Shown here piece by piece: positions 25,341 through 38,609 of a stretch of DNA of 64,000 nt. The first letter of the stretch is position 1. Each line of letters begins with the position of its first letter. Origin of the DNA: Vicugna vicugna (taxonomy: Eukaryota); NCBI GenBank assembly GCA_013265495.1, contig MU058636.1:310001-374000 (forward strand), read 5' to 3'. The position numbers and the translations under genes are program-made. The notes beneath the pieces are model-generated. The model was given only the letters and a program-made list of their open reading frames with translations. It ran no database searches and had not been told where the DNA came from.

Positions 25341-26349
25341 ACAGATGACCCACAAATCTGACTGTCACTGTCCTGTTTTTTGCAGCATGTTGTTTGTGGA
25401 AACTGACCCAGTTCTAGTTCCATTTTCCGCTATTGCTGAACCTCTAAAACGGTGTATTTTGGAATGTTAACAGGCATTATGAGAGAAATGGGATTTGGGG
25501 CTAATTTGGGGAGCTACGGAGTTGTAATTAATTAAGTAGGCTTTCCTACCGCAAGTTTTGTGTACTCTTTAAAATTTTTTAAATTGTTTAAATTAAATTT
25601 TTAAAAATTGAAGTGTAGTAAATTACAGTGTGTTAATTTCTGGTGTACAGCACAGTGTCACTCTTTAATATGTTTATTGCACTGTGAATCTTAAGAGAGG
25701 TTGGTATAGAGTATTTTCTTAACCAAACTTACCTAACCACTGAATTTCTTTTTGGATGAGTAACACTTGTGATAAACAACACAGATTTAGAAATGTTGCT
25801 TTTAAAAATAGAGTTTTCCTCTTGACAGATGATGGAAAGTAAAAAGCATATGAAAAGGAATGCGCAGAGTAAGAAAACAGAAAAATGCATTTTTAACTTA
25901 TGAATGTATATTAAATCAGCAGATATTTGAGTGCTTTTAATAGGCCGGGCAGTTTGCTAGAATTGTGGACACAGCAATTCATGATGATATATTCTCGACT
26001 CTCCTCAGGTTTCTGTTTTAGCTGAGAAAACAACCGTTCAATCCTGACTTGGACAGTTAAGTTCTTTTTGTGGCAGTTGCCATGAAGGAAGAGTATGGGT
26101 GTGCTCAGTACGTCCGGCAAGGGCGGGGGCCGGCGGGCTTTCTCTGGGAAGGACGAGATAGTAAATATTGCATAGATTTCGTGTGCTGTGGCTCTGGGTC
26201 ACAACTCCTCATTTCTGCCCTTTAATGAGAGAGCAGCAGGCGGTGGACGGACACACACACTCGTGCATACATTGCTGTGAGTCACACACACATGTACATC
26301 TGTCTCTCTGCACTCACATTTTTCTCCAGTATTTTCCAAAAATGACTGC

Positions 26350-27700
26350 GTAAGTCATACAGGAAGTCTCAACGACATTTTAGAGAATTTGTTCTCATTT
26401 GTCTCATGTTCCGTGAACACAATTCCCTGAACCAACAAATCAGTCATAAAAAAAATCAGTCATAAAAAAGATCATTATGGAAATTAGTGCTCTTGAGAGG
26501 GAGGGTGTGGCTCAGTAGGCACAAGGTCCTGGGTTCCATCCCCAGCACCTCCATTAAATAAAAAAATGATAATAAATAAAATAAATAAATATTACCTCCC
26601 CCCAAAAATGAACAAAAAATAATAATAAAATAAAATTAAAAAAGAGAAAATTAGTACTCTTGGAAATTTTAAAACTACACTTACAAGTAATTCAGGCATC
26701 CAAGAGAGAATCATACTGGAAATCAGAAAAATAGAGCTGCGTGGCTGAAAAATATTTTGCATCAAAACTCGAGGGATGTGAATTTCCCAGAGAGAGAAAT
26801 TTGTAGCATCTCTGCTTGTTCTGTAAAAGAAGAAAGGCTTAAAACCAGTGAGCTCTTCATATAATTTAAGATGTTAGCAAAAGAGCAAGTGAAGACCAAC
26901 AAAATTTGAAAGTTGATTCTCCAAAAAGACTAGTGAGGTTAACACACACAAAGCTGCTCAAGGGGGAAAAAAACCCAACAATGTTAGGAATGAGTGAAGA
27001 GAAATAGCTCCGGGTAGAGAGGGCAGTGACTAGAATAATACGAAAGCTCTGTGTAAATAAACTTGAGGCTTAGGTGAAATGGGTAATTACCTAGGAAAAA
27101 TATAAAACTTTAGACTCGAAGAAATAGGAAACCTGAATAACCCTGCAATTCTTACAGAAATAGTATCATTACTTTTGATTTTTCCTCCAAAGAGAACGCT
27201 AGACACCCTTGTGATGTCTATAGTCTGGTTTTGTCAAGCATCAAAGAACAAACGGTTCTAGTTTTACACAAAATCTTCCAGAAAATACAAAGTCAGTTCT
27301 TTTCAGTGAAGTTTGATGCTGACAGTAACCTTCAAATCAAAACCAAAAAGGGCAGAATGATGAAGGAAAATTGCAGGTCAACCTCAGCTGTGAACTGGGA
27401 GTCACTTTCTTTGATAAAAAGATGGGCAAACCGAATCCAATAATATAAAGAAAGTCATACATGTGATCTGGTTGGGCTTAATTCCAGGAATGGAAGCCTA
27501 TGTTTTCTTTAGAAAGATCTGTTATGAATATACTTTACCTCATTTACAGATGAAAGAAAAAACACAATTATCTCAACTGCAGAAAAAAAATTACTATTTG
27601 TTTATCATTAGCCAACAACAGCAACAAACTTTATAAATTCTGGAGTAAGAGTGGACTTTCTTGACCTGAAAAGGTACATCCACCAAATCCTCTGTCCAGT
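26350..27700 (+). mobile_element. Degenerate L1M ORF2 fragment (sense), interrupted by a SINE
   Basis: A-rich ORF2-like text such as ggtgaaatgg..cctaggaaaaatataa, gaagaaataggaaacctgaata, ccaggaatggaag; no intact frame. Confidence 0.7.
26496..26647 (+). mobile_element. Vic-1-like SINE with 15-bp TSD, inside the L1M fragment
   Basis: gggagggtgtggctcagt..gggttccatccccagcacctcc..A tail; aaattagt(g/a)ctcttg on both sides (26481-26495 and ~26648-26662). Confidence 0.85.
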
Positions 27701-30256
27701 ATTCATGGTCACTGCTTCTGAAGCAGAGAGACACGCACGTTCCCTGCCAGTAGTCCCGCTGATTGCTACATGTCCTGGATTGCTAGATGGTGTTTAAAAG
27801 AAACAAGACATTTCAGGCAGCTGAAGCGCCATGCCCCCTCCGCCTCCATCCCGCTGCCTGAGGGAACGCACTGCCGGGCACGCCGGGTTCCTTTCCTGTC
27901 CCCGTGTGTGTCCGTGAGCCCTGTAGACCCGGCTGTTGGACTGTTCACTTTCATGTCAGTGAGGTCACATTTTGTGTATCTTTGTGCAGTTCGCTTTTTC
28001 TCACCAGTGTTTTTGATATTTATTCATGGTGATAAATCTGGCCCTAGTTCGTGGCTGCACAGCACTTAAAACTTGGTGGCAGACATTTAGGATCGCTTTC
28101 CGTTTTTGTGTTATGGCCAGCGCGGCTGAGAAGGTTGTAGTTCCCTGTGTTCCTGCACCTGAAACAGAAACCCAGCTCCTCGGTGAGCACGTGTCCCCTG
28201 CTGCCCGGTACTGCTTAGTTCCTCTCTGGAGTGGTTCTAACCCGTCTCCCTTTCTCTGGGAGCGTGTGCAGGTTTCCATGGCTCCAAATCCCCATCCGCA
28301 TGGATGCCCCATCCTTAGTACAACAGACAGAAAAGTGTGCCACTTTGCCATCTTTGCGGAAGGCTGGCAGTCACCTCTTAACGGGGCTTATTCATACCGC
28401 TTCCCAGCTACTCGGGGAAAGTCTGCAGCGTGTTCCTTTGCCCTGGTTGATGACAAGTTCTTCTGGGACCTTTGTGACGAATTGTGTTACCAGTATTTGA
28501 AACATTACTCTCTTTTTAAGGATCGTGGACTCATTTGCCTGACACGCCTTTTTGGTACTCTTCCTCTCTTTCCCTTTGTGGGTAAGTGGTTTCTCAGCCC
28601 CGGAGGCATGGATACGAATCCTTTCCTTGCTTCCCTTCTCCACTGACCACTTAACAACATCCGACTTTTAAGAGCACTGTTTGGTACAGCTTATCTTGTC
28701 AGATGCTCCAAGTCCCTGCCTAGTTACCTGTTTGGGGATCTAGAGAGAAAGCGATACTTCCAGGGTGCCCCACTTCTGGAACATTCATTTTCCATTTCTG
28801 AATCATGAGTGCCAGGAGTCACCCTTTGTTCCTTTAAAAAGATACATTAACAAAATCTGATAGGTTGGCTTAGGTCATAGGGTACAAATTGTTGTGGGCA
28901 ACTGGCCCATGTGGCTTCCATTGGGCATAATAATAGTAAGCCTTTGACACGTGTGGCAGCTGCTCCTGTCTCCAGCCAGGATCAGGGCTTAGAGGGTGGT
29001 GCGTGTGTAATTTAAGCAGTAACGTAGAGATTAAATATGTAATTGGAATTGATTTTGCAGAATAAAACTGAAGTCTGCTGTATCTTGAAAAGGAAATTAT
29101 TGCAGACATCTAAATAGCTTACTGTATAGTTTAATTACAGTTTTAGTAGTAGACAAGACTGAACTGATAAATCTCTGCAAGGAGATGCAAGTTGGACTTA
29201 AAATCGTATTGCATTTGTATGGAAATCAGAAGAGCTATAATGCCAACCTGAATGTAAAACATTTCATTTCCTTTAAGTTAATTTTTTTTGACTATAATTA
29301 TATGGAGAGTTACTATTTCATGGCTATATACAATTTTTTATCATCATCTGATTAATTTAAGGTCTTTCTTGTTACTTATGTGGTATTTGCAGTAGTTAGA
29401 TAATAGGTTTTAGTTTTAGAGATTGATTATTTTTGTATCTGAATTTATGTAAATTTTGGGATTTTCTGTTCTGTTGAATCCATGAGTTAGAACTGGTTTT
29501 CGATATTTCAGGTCTTTCTGGTGAGAATTGACCGGACAGTTTTGTGAGGAGGCAGTGATTTGCAGAGAATGGAACTGAAAACTAGCTTATCTGACAAAAA
29601 CTCTTAAGTTAGGTACAGAGAAAGGCAAAAACTCTAAAGTTAGATATTAGATACCTAAAAACCCAGACGTTTGCTTTGCTGACCGGATTCTTACTTCTTG
29701 TTCCTTGACTTTGTTGTTTATTGTGGTTTTACCTACAAATTTCTTGAGTTTACTAACTCGTTTGAATTCCGTCATGCCATTTGCCGAGTTACTGACATTT
29801 TCCCCATGGCTTTTCTTCATTACTGCAGAATCAGAAAAACTAGAGTGATTGTGGGGAGGTTATTTTAAGAAACACCCCTCCTCCTTCACTCCTGTCTCTG
29901 AGCCCCCCCATCAACCTTACTGTTTACACTTAAAATACAAACAGGAGATAAGAGCTAATAGATAAACCGAAAGAGAAGTTTTACTGTTTTCCAAGACCGC
30001 AGTTGGTAGTGCAACCACGTGCATGTTTGGAATTTGATGCTGCTAACCCCTCCCTGTCCACTCCATCTACCAGCCCCTCTGCCTCAGGACACATTGTTTA
30101 TATCAGCTAACTTATGGGTTCCCGTGTTTTGTAGGATCAATGTAAACAATACAGAAGTTGATTATTGGTCTGTAAATTACGTGCGAGTTCCCAGCATAGG
30201 GAACTCACGTCATATTCATGAAAGCAGCGTTGGCATTCGGGGCCAGGTGCCCATCC

Positions 30257-30733
30257 TGTAGCAGAGCCGGACCCTGTGGGGATGTCCAGGGTCAGACCCC
30301 TCCCCCATGACCTCTGCTGCAGCTCCTCTCTGAAGCACCCAGATAGTAGTATCTCATGTATATTTCCTGAGTTTTTCAGGTGCTTAAAACCACCACCAAA
30401 GGGAAGAAATTAACTGCTTTATGATGGAGGGCACTTGGCCCCCAAACCTTCTGGCACCTGGGGGTTGGTGGTGTTGACGCCCTGTTTCCTCCACACCAGC
30501 CAATCAGAGGATTGTGCACGGGCTGATCACATACCCTGTGACCCTCCTCCCTTACCTGGCCTTTAAATATGCTTTGCTGAAGTCCTTTGGGGAGTTTGGG
30601 GTTTTCTTAGTTAGGCATGAGCCACCCCATCCTTGGTCAGCCCTGCAGTAAACCTTTCTCTGCTCCAGACTTCGATGTTTCAGTTTGTTTGGCCTCGTGG
30701 TGCAGCAGGCGCACAAACTTGCCTTTGCTAACA
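30257..30733 (+). mobile_element. ERV1-class solo LTR
   Basis: TGTAG...TAACA termini with a 4-bp TSD ATCC (30253-30256 and 30734-30737); CCAAT at 30500, TTTAAATA at 30562, AGTAAA at 30647. Confidence 0.85.
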
Positions 30734-32463
30734 ATCCTATGGAAAAACATGTGTAGGAGCGTAAAGATCTCGTGAGCACGGCCGGATATTTAGGTGAGAT
30801 TCCTTAATATACTCAAGAACTTAAGCTACTGATGGCATAAGCCCCTGTGTTTCATTTCACTTAGATTTCAGATTTTGCTGTCTCTGTGCGTGGGTACAAC
30901 TGGCCGTGCTCTGCCACTTCTCGGACTTCAGCTGACTTTTCACGGTAGAACGTGCGGGTTGAGTGACTCACCGCGGCCACGGGTGCAGGCTTGGTTAGGA
31001 GCATGTGTTGTGTGTGTGAAGGATCCTCATCCGAGCAGACCTGAGAAGTGAGGAGCTGAGGACAGCATGGGGCAATGTGGGAAGGGGAGACGTGGAAGAG
31101 ATGTTGGTGTGGGTGGGCCTCATGCAGGAGCGGGAAAGATCTGCCCTCTTGCAGCTGAGAGTGTGCTGAGATGGGCGTCAGGACGGAAGGTATCAAGCCC
31201 TCCGGGTGAGTAGAAGGTTGGCTGAGCCATCCGATTCCACCTTAGTGAGTGCTCGAACACAACTGGTCAGTAAATCTGTTTTAAGCTCTAGAGTAGTCAA
31301 CAATTATACGAATGGGAGAAGAAATTGATTTTTAAAAAGACCTTGCCCCTTTTTAGAAATGGTCAGACTTAGGTTCTATGGTTAGTTCAGACTTCCTCTA
31401 GCAGGGCCACTCCGTGGGATGGGGGACCTCATGCTGCTGGTGGAAAGGTGGCGCCTAGGGCGACAGGTGCCTCAGGACTTTTGCGGGCTAGTGCGCTCCT
31501 GGACCCTGTCCAGCACGCGTTGTTGTCAGGCTCCAGGGCGATGGTGGGGCTGGCTCAGTCAGCCCCTTAGCCCTGGACTGGGAAGAACTCCCAATCGTCT
31601 ACATGGCAACAATGCAACTGAAAACTGGAGTTTCTGTTTTCCAGCAGTTGGTAGGTGAGGTGACCTCAGCCAGCCCTCCTGCTGAAAATAACTAAGGCTG
31701 TTGAATTAAGATAGTTTTAAAAATAGTTTTTAAAGCATTGAAGAGAAGGGATTCTCAGGTAAAATCGAAGGGAGAGCGAGAAGGACCCCAGGAGGCCAGA
31801 GGCGCCTGGGACGGGCAGCCTCCTTGTCCCGAAGGGCTTCGGGGCCGCCACCCCCGGGCCAGGGTGAGCCAGCTTCCTGGGGGCTTGAAACCTGGGTCCT
31901 CATCGCCTGTCAGACGCAAAGCGCTCGCAGAAACAAGAGCTGAGAAGCTGAAGGTTGCGTTTTGCACAGAAAGAAAGTGATCTTGGGTGTGAGATCTGAG
32001 CACAGCGGGCTGAAAAGCAAAGAGAGTGTTAAGGACTCAGCAAACCCCAGGTTAAAACTGACTGTTCTCAGTAACGCCTGGGGATGAAACACTGATTTGG
32101 AACACGGTACATCAGTACCTTCACGTTGAGATGAGTGGGAAATAGATCTTGTGTTGAAAATTCTCATGCTGTTTGGGAAGGGTTTTCAAGCATAAATAGC
32201 TTTACAGTTGATAGAAATCTTAAGGCTCAAACCCTTTCCCCCCTTTTTGATAGATGAATGGAACAAAATGTTAGAAGTAGGCCCTGTGAATCTGATTGCT
32301 GGATACCTGACACCAAGGGTGAAAATTGGAAATCAATGAACCAATGGTGACATTGAAAAAATTGTTTTTTTCAGTGAAATTGTGTGAAAGCATAGAGGGA
32401 AAAGGAGACCTAAACAAACATGAAAAACTGCAAGAAATGGATGATCATTATGATGGGAAGCTG

Positions 32464-32605
32464 TTTTTTTATTTTTATTTTATTTACTTTTTGGAAGGGT
32501 AGGTAATTAGGTTTATTTATTTATCTTAACAGAGGTACTGGGGATTGAACCCAGGACTTCATGCATGTTAAGCATGCGCTCTCCCACTGAGCTCTACCCT
32601 CCCCC
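32464..32605 (-). mobile_element. Vic-1-like SINE with TSD
   Basis: gaggtactggggattgaacccagg...actgagctctaccctccccc; atgatgggaag repeated on both flanks. Confidence 0.88.
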
Positions 32606-35346
32606 AATGATGGGAAGTTAGTTTGAGGGCAGTTGATTTGAGGGTTGAGCAGTGTCTCTGCAGCAGGATTACTGATGCTGCTGTCTGGCCCGTTTTATCA
32701 CTTCCTGTGCTGTGTTAGAGTGACCGGTCCACGCAGCATCCCCAGGGAAGTCATCTTATGCTAGTTACCCAGTGTCTGCCCTCTTCTCCAGCACACAACA
32801 TGGTACCTTGAGACGTCGAGAAACATTTACTTAATGACCAGGAAAGATGCTCTTGATATAGCTTACCTTGTGCATTAGTGAGTATGAAACCCACTTAACT
32901 TGTGTCAAATGGCAGACTTCTTACTCCCTGGGCTGAGTGTTGGTGGAAACACTGGATGACAAAGTCACCGTTAGATTTGGCCCGTCTTTGATGAAGTCTG
33001 TTTTACTTTTCTATTTTTATTTTCTGCAACCTTTTCTGCTAACTTGGTGCTTTCTTGCCATTATTTTGGGTTTTTAGAAAAAGTACATTTAACTCCTGAA
33101 GTATTATCTTAGGCTGATGATGCTTGTAAATGTCCATATTGGAAATTCTTGATGGACTTGGCAGAGCTGAGAGATCGGTTCCTTTCTCCTGAGTATGATT
33201 TTCTTGGGTTTTATTTGATGCATTTCTATTTTTTACTGAAATGTAATTCACATATAGTGAATTCACCTTAATGCATTCTTACCCCTGTATTATAAGACAT
33301 GTGCACATGGCATTTTACATTCATGTTTTAAAGTTTTGAGATAATGAAAGAGGAATCCTTCTTTCTGTAGGCAATCTTGTACATTTTGTTTTAAATTGCA
33401 TTCAGATGGCAAACACTCATTAATTGGAAGTTTAGTTCATGGGGCAAAATGTGTTTCCTGTGTGCCTTTTCCAGAGAGGCCCCAGGAGGTCACTTCTCAT
33501 ACTGAGATGGTATCAAAGTATATATAATGGCAATAGGTAAGTGGTCTAAAACATTTACCCCAACAAAAGACTCAGTTCTGGAGAAAAACAAACAAAAAAC
33601 CCTTACCCTGTAATCTGTGTTCTTCCCAACCAGAGGTGTTATTTACGGAGATTTTTGTAGTTTTTTTTTCCTTTTGTCAAATCAGATCAAAAACCATCCT
33701 ACCTTTTTTAGGTGAGCCCGTTTTTCTTCATTTGGGCTAATGTTGATAGTCACCAAATCAGGTCCTGATACATAAGTGAGGGAATCGGCGAGGGGGTGGG
33801 GTGGGGGAGGGGGGATGGCTTAGGTGACAGTGGGTTCCTCTCTAGACACTTGATGGTCTGTTTTCTTTTGAAGTATTATTGAAAGATGGTTGTCAGAATC
33901 GGAAATCGTAGAGAACAAATCTGCCCGGAATCTAGAGCACATTTGCCCAAAGTTTGATGTCTTTAAAATCCACAGGAGGCCATGCATTTTGTCCTGTGGA
34001 CGTGATTCAGTCACACCCTGACCCTGTGTTATTTTTTTATAAATTGAGACGTTCAGGGAATTTACATGCCAAGTGGGAGATGTGTAAAATGGAGCTCAGC
34101 AGATTTGGGGCAACTGGCAAGTTTAGTTTCTTTTGGAGAGGAAAAAAAAAATGGAGACTAGTCAGAGCGACCTGAGCAGCAGTGTGAGGGGTGAGGAGCG
34201 GATCAGGAGACAGCATTTCGTAGGGGAGTGGGAACGTGAGATGCACAACCACGACATTTCTGAAACCTAGAAAAGTGATGACTCTTGCCCTGCCCCTCCC
34301 CCTCCCTCCCATACTTTGGGAAGAGGGGAAATAATCTGAAACAAATGTTTATTTCTGTTGTGGGGTCATTACAGATCTAGGTCATCATATTAGTGTAAGA
34401 GAAAAGTTGATTTGCAAAGATTTGCTCATTTAAAAATTAGTAGGTAGGTCCATTAGAAATATTCTCAAATATCCTAAATATTTTGTTATAAATTATGAGC
34501 AACTGAATTTTAAAGACTATAGTCTGAGATGCACCCCCATCCCCCCCCAATTAAATCTGAACAGAAAAACTGGGACCATGATTTTTTTCTTAAAGGTTCT
34601 TTTTAGTATCAACGCGGAAGTGATGAAAGGGTTTTTTTTTTCCTTAATTTTTTTTTCAAGGGAGGATTTGAAGAGGTCAGTAGAAAAATCGTGTAAATTC
34701 ACTGAATATATATGCTTCTTTACGCAGTCATTTTTCTGATTAGCCTCGTTTTCTGGTTTTGTCATTATGACCGGTTTTTCTTTGCTTTGGGTTCATCACC
34801 GTCATGGACTTTGGACACTGGAGGCTTTTACCTGGATGGAAACAAAACTGCTGTAACATTTCCTTTTGTAGAAAGCTCCCCCAAAGCTGATCCAAATCCA
34901 TCTTTCCTCACTTGTGCCCTACAAGTCTGAGCTGGTTTACTGAACAAACCTGCCTCATTACATCCTTAGCATCTAGCAGGCCACTAACGTTTGGATGGGT
35001 ACTCAGCACAGCGAAAGGCTGAATTTCCCCCTTTGTAAGTTCTGTTCCTGAGCCTCAGCCTGAAGCTCTAGGCCTGATGCTGCTCACAGGAATGATCGCT
35101 CCTTCCTGCTTTATCTTGACTCCCAGCTCCTTAATCTCTCAAAGTCGACTTGGACCTCCGTGACCTCATCTTAGGGCGTTATTCTGTTCTCTGTTGATGT
35201 CGGCGGAGGGCTTGCCGTACGACCCCTATAGCTGTAGGCTTGTTTGTTAAAGACATTCTTTGTTTTTTTTTTCAAGTTTTTAAGAAAGGTTATTATTGGC
35301 AAAGGTTTTCACTTCTATTTTCTTTTATAGTACAACATTAAAAACC

Positions 35347-35514
35347 TTTGTAATTGGAATGTAGTTGATTTACAATGTTAGTTTCAGGTGTATAGCACAG
35401 CGATTCAGTTATACATGTATTTTTTTTCTTTTTAGATTGTTTTCCATTATATGTTATGACAAGAAATTCCACATTACTATGTATAAAATAGATAAACAAG
35501 GGCCTACTGTATAG
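35347..35514. mobile_element. Short L1 3' end with an inverted segment
   Basis: Antisense L1 terminus (35347-35468) abuts a sense copy of the upstream neighbouring L1 3'UTR segment (35470-35514). Confidence 0.7.
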
Positions 35515-37146
35515 AAACTATGTCTAAGACATTGTTTCATGATGTCAGAGCGCTTTGAAGTGTCTCACACGCAGGCAGGTGGGGGTGAGGACACCTACTG
35601 AGCTGAAGTCCCTGAGAAGCGTGTTCTCTGACGGGAAGCTGCCCTGCGTTTTCCTGCGTATGTTTCTTTTCTACTTGACTGGTTAGCAGAGCCCTCACTT
35701 TTCCTGCCTTTGATGGCCTGTGTCAGCCCCTGAAACACAGCTTTCATGGCTTAGAAAGAGACCGTAGGTTAAGTCAAGGGGCTGGAGTTCCTATTATCAC
35801 CGATTTGTACCTGTGGTCTATGATATAGAAGTGAAAAAGGAGAGGAGTTTGGAGGAAATTAAACTTTAGAAACAGCCTCTGGTTGACTGAGTTATAAGCT
35901 TGACTCTAATTTTTGTCACTGTAGGCAAGGGCTTTCTTTACCGTTTCAAACTTCATCTCAATTTAATTTATATTTTCTAGGCTGTTGGGAGACACAGTTA
36001 ACTTTAACAAACACGCGACTTTGGTCTTTCTGTATGGTTTTGATGGCACCTGTGTTGTGAGATATTGCAGGAGGGCTGAATGGTGTACTCCCAAAGCACA
36101 AATCACAGTATTTCCTCCAAATTATAAGTACAAAGGGCACTGGAGATACGTGTGTAATTATGTCTTTAGCACGTTGGTGATTTGCTGCGAGTTGGGTAAA
36201 GTCCAAGTTGTATGAATGACACTTGCCCAAGGGTGGTCTCGTCTACGTGAGCGGCTTTTCAGAAAAATAGTCAACTTACCCAAATAGAGTGATTAGAACA
36301 ATTTTCCTGGTGACCACCCCTCTAAGTTTTCACTTCTGTTTCAGCTCCTGTGAGTTAACAACTGTGTATGATTTTAAAAGAAGTCCCTTCCGTCTGCAGG
36401 GGTGTGTTGCTGGTGGCTTACTTAAATTGGTGATATCTGTAAGGTTTTGCATTTGAATCGTCTCCCAATGAGGCCAGAGAGGATGCTTGACTTTAATGCT
36501 GTAAGGAAAACTTCACAGCAGCGACAGATCAGGCATGATCAATGACATGCAGTCACATTTTGGGGGAAAAGAACTTTCAGTAGGAAGGGCGTGTGATGAG
36601 AAGAAAGACGTAGAGCTGTGGAGGGAAAAGAGATTGGTTGCGGGGTTTCCAAAGGCATGTTTGCCTCGGCCGTCAGAGGCATAGACGCTGGTCCCTAGCG
36701 GGACACGCAAGTTGGAGTCCAGTCACCAAGAGATGTGCCAAGGTTCTCTAAGAGAGAATCTCCTTGTTTATCAGATCCCTCCAATGCAGGCTTTGAATAT
36801 GTGAAGTGTTTCACGCGGGCGTAGAAATGTGGTCATGCGAGGGCGACTTCAAATACGTGGCTCTTAACCCCTGAAGTTTCCTGCGCCATGTGAAGTAATT
36901 GTCTGAAATTACACGCGCTGCTGTAGTGATTGAACTCCAGCTGGGAACTGAGCCTTCAGGTTTAAAGATACACAGGCCCGGGCAATTCAGGGATGATTAA
37001 ATTACGCCTCCTGTGGGAACCGCCATCCGTGGGCTGGAGTGGTGGGCAGGGTCTAGGGGAAGCGGGGCGATGGGTGTCTGGTTGCAGCTTTGCTCGTGTG
37101 GGCTGGTACCCCTTCCTAAGAAGGGAGGGGTTTTTTATTAGTTCTT

Positions 37147-37582
37147 ATTTTTTTATTGGAGTGTTGTTGATTTACAATGTTAGTTTCATGTGCACAGCAA
37201 AGCGATTTGGTTATATACACACATACGTATGTACACTTTTTCATATTCTCTTCCATTACAGCTCATTACAAGAAAAATTGAATATAGTTCCTTGTGCTAT
37301 ACAGTACGTCCTTGTTTATCTATTTTATATGTAGTAGTTTGTATCTGCTAATCCCAAACTCCTAGTTTATCCCTCCCTTCCTTTCCCTCTGGTAACTAGA
37401 AGTTTGTTTTCTATGTCTGTGAGTCTCTTTCTGTTTTGTAAATAATTTCATTGATACCTTTTTTTTTTTTAGATTCCACATAGAAGTATATCTTATGAGA
37501 TTTGTCTTTCTCTGTTTGACTGGCTTCACTTTGTATGATAATCTCTTGGTCCATCTATGCTGCTGCAAATGTCATTCTTTTC
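37147..37582 (-). mobile_element. L1 3' end (antisense)
   Basis: ttgatttacaatgttagtttca..., ctgctaatcccaaactcc, gttgctgcaaatg-like end. Confidence 0.88.
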
Positions 37583-37959
37583 TAAAAAATAACTGGGTCA
37601 AATGAGGTCTAGACTGAAGGTCACAATGGTGTGTAGTCATGTATTCACTTGATAATGGCCACACAGTCAGGCTGTGAGCACTTTCTCAGGGCCCAGGACA
37701 GACACCACAGCTGACCCGGATGCTCATGCTCAAGGTGACCACAGGCTAATGGCAGTGACAGACCAGTTGGGGTACATAGGACAGGAGAGTGACAGAACGG
37801 CGACTGCCAGGCCACGGCGGGGTCACGCTGACCTGCAGGAGAGAGACTCGTCCCCAAATCAGACGGAGGACCGGGCTGTTCTCAGTACAATATTCACACT
37901 GAGACGCGGGAGGGGGGCAGCCTTGAGGACGGAGTCGAGTCCCACAGCAAAAGGCATGT

Positions 37960-38284
37960 TGGAGCGCCAGCACCTGAGACTGCGCCCTTCTTTGGACCCA
38001 GGGCCTTTGCAGCCAGTACGACTGTGTTCTCATGAAAATGGGAGATTTGGACGTGACGGACACAGAGAGAAAGCAGGGCTGAGACCCAGGGAGCAGACGG
38101 GGACCTGTGAGCCGAGGTGCACCTGAGGCCGCCAGGGACTCTCCTCTTCAGTCTTTAGGAGGAACCAGCCCTGCTGACACCTTGATCTTGGGTTTCTCAC
38201 CTCTAGACTTGTGAGGCACTCATTTCTGTTGTTCAGGCCCCAGAGTGTGGTGCTTTGTTACGGCAGCTCGAGCTGACCAGCACA
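37960..38284 (+). mobile_element. MLT1 (MaLR) LTR fragment
   Basis: ggaaccagccctgctgacaccttgatcttgg...catttctgttgtt...tttgttacggcagc...aca, the MLT1 3' signature. Confidence 0.75.
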
Positions 38285-38609
38285 GGCGGTGTCGCTCAGG
38301 CAGAATCCGGAAGGGGAGGAGGGGGTTCAGACTGCAGGGTCAGGACGAGCGGAAGGCGGGGGCGATGGAAACAGGCAGCGTGTAGATCTGACAGAAGGAG
38401 AGACACTGTGTGACCTAGATAGAATGACTCCACGTTGTAAAGATCTCAGTTCTTCCTAAGTTAATTCACAAATTTAATTCATACCCAATAAAAACACCAA
38501 AGCACTTAAAAAAGGAAAGAAAACAGTGCAGTGTGTCTGTGAGTGTGCCCTTCAGAAACTGAGTCTTACTGGGGGCTGCGGGCTGTCGGAGATTTTTTTT
38601 CCTTGGGAA

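Noticed and set aside
28026..28646. 206-aa ORF (and the 199-aa ORF at 22303, 182-aa ORFs at 2248 and 48375, 178-aa ORF at 59760)
   Set aside because: No recognisable domain or exon structure. They overlap old repeats or GC-rich intron, and such lengths are expected by chance with alternative start codons.
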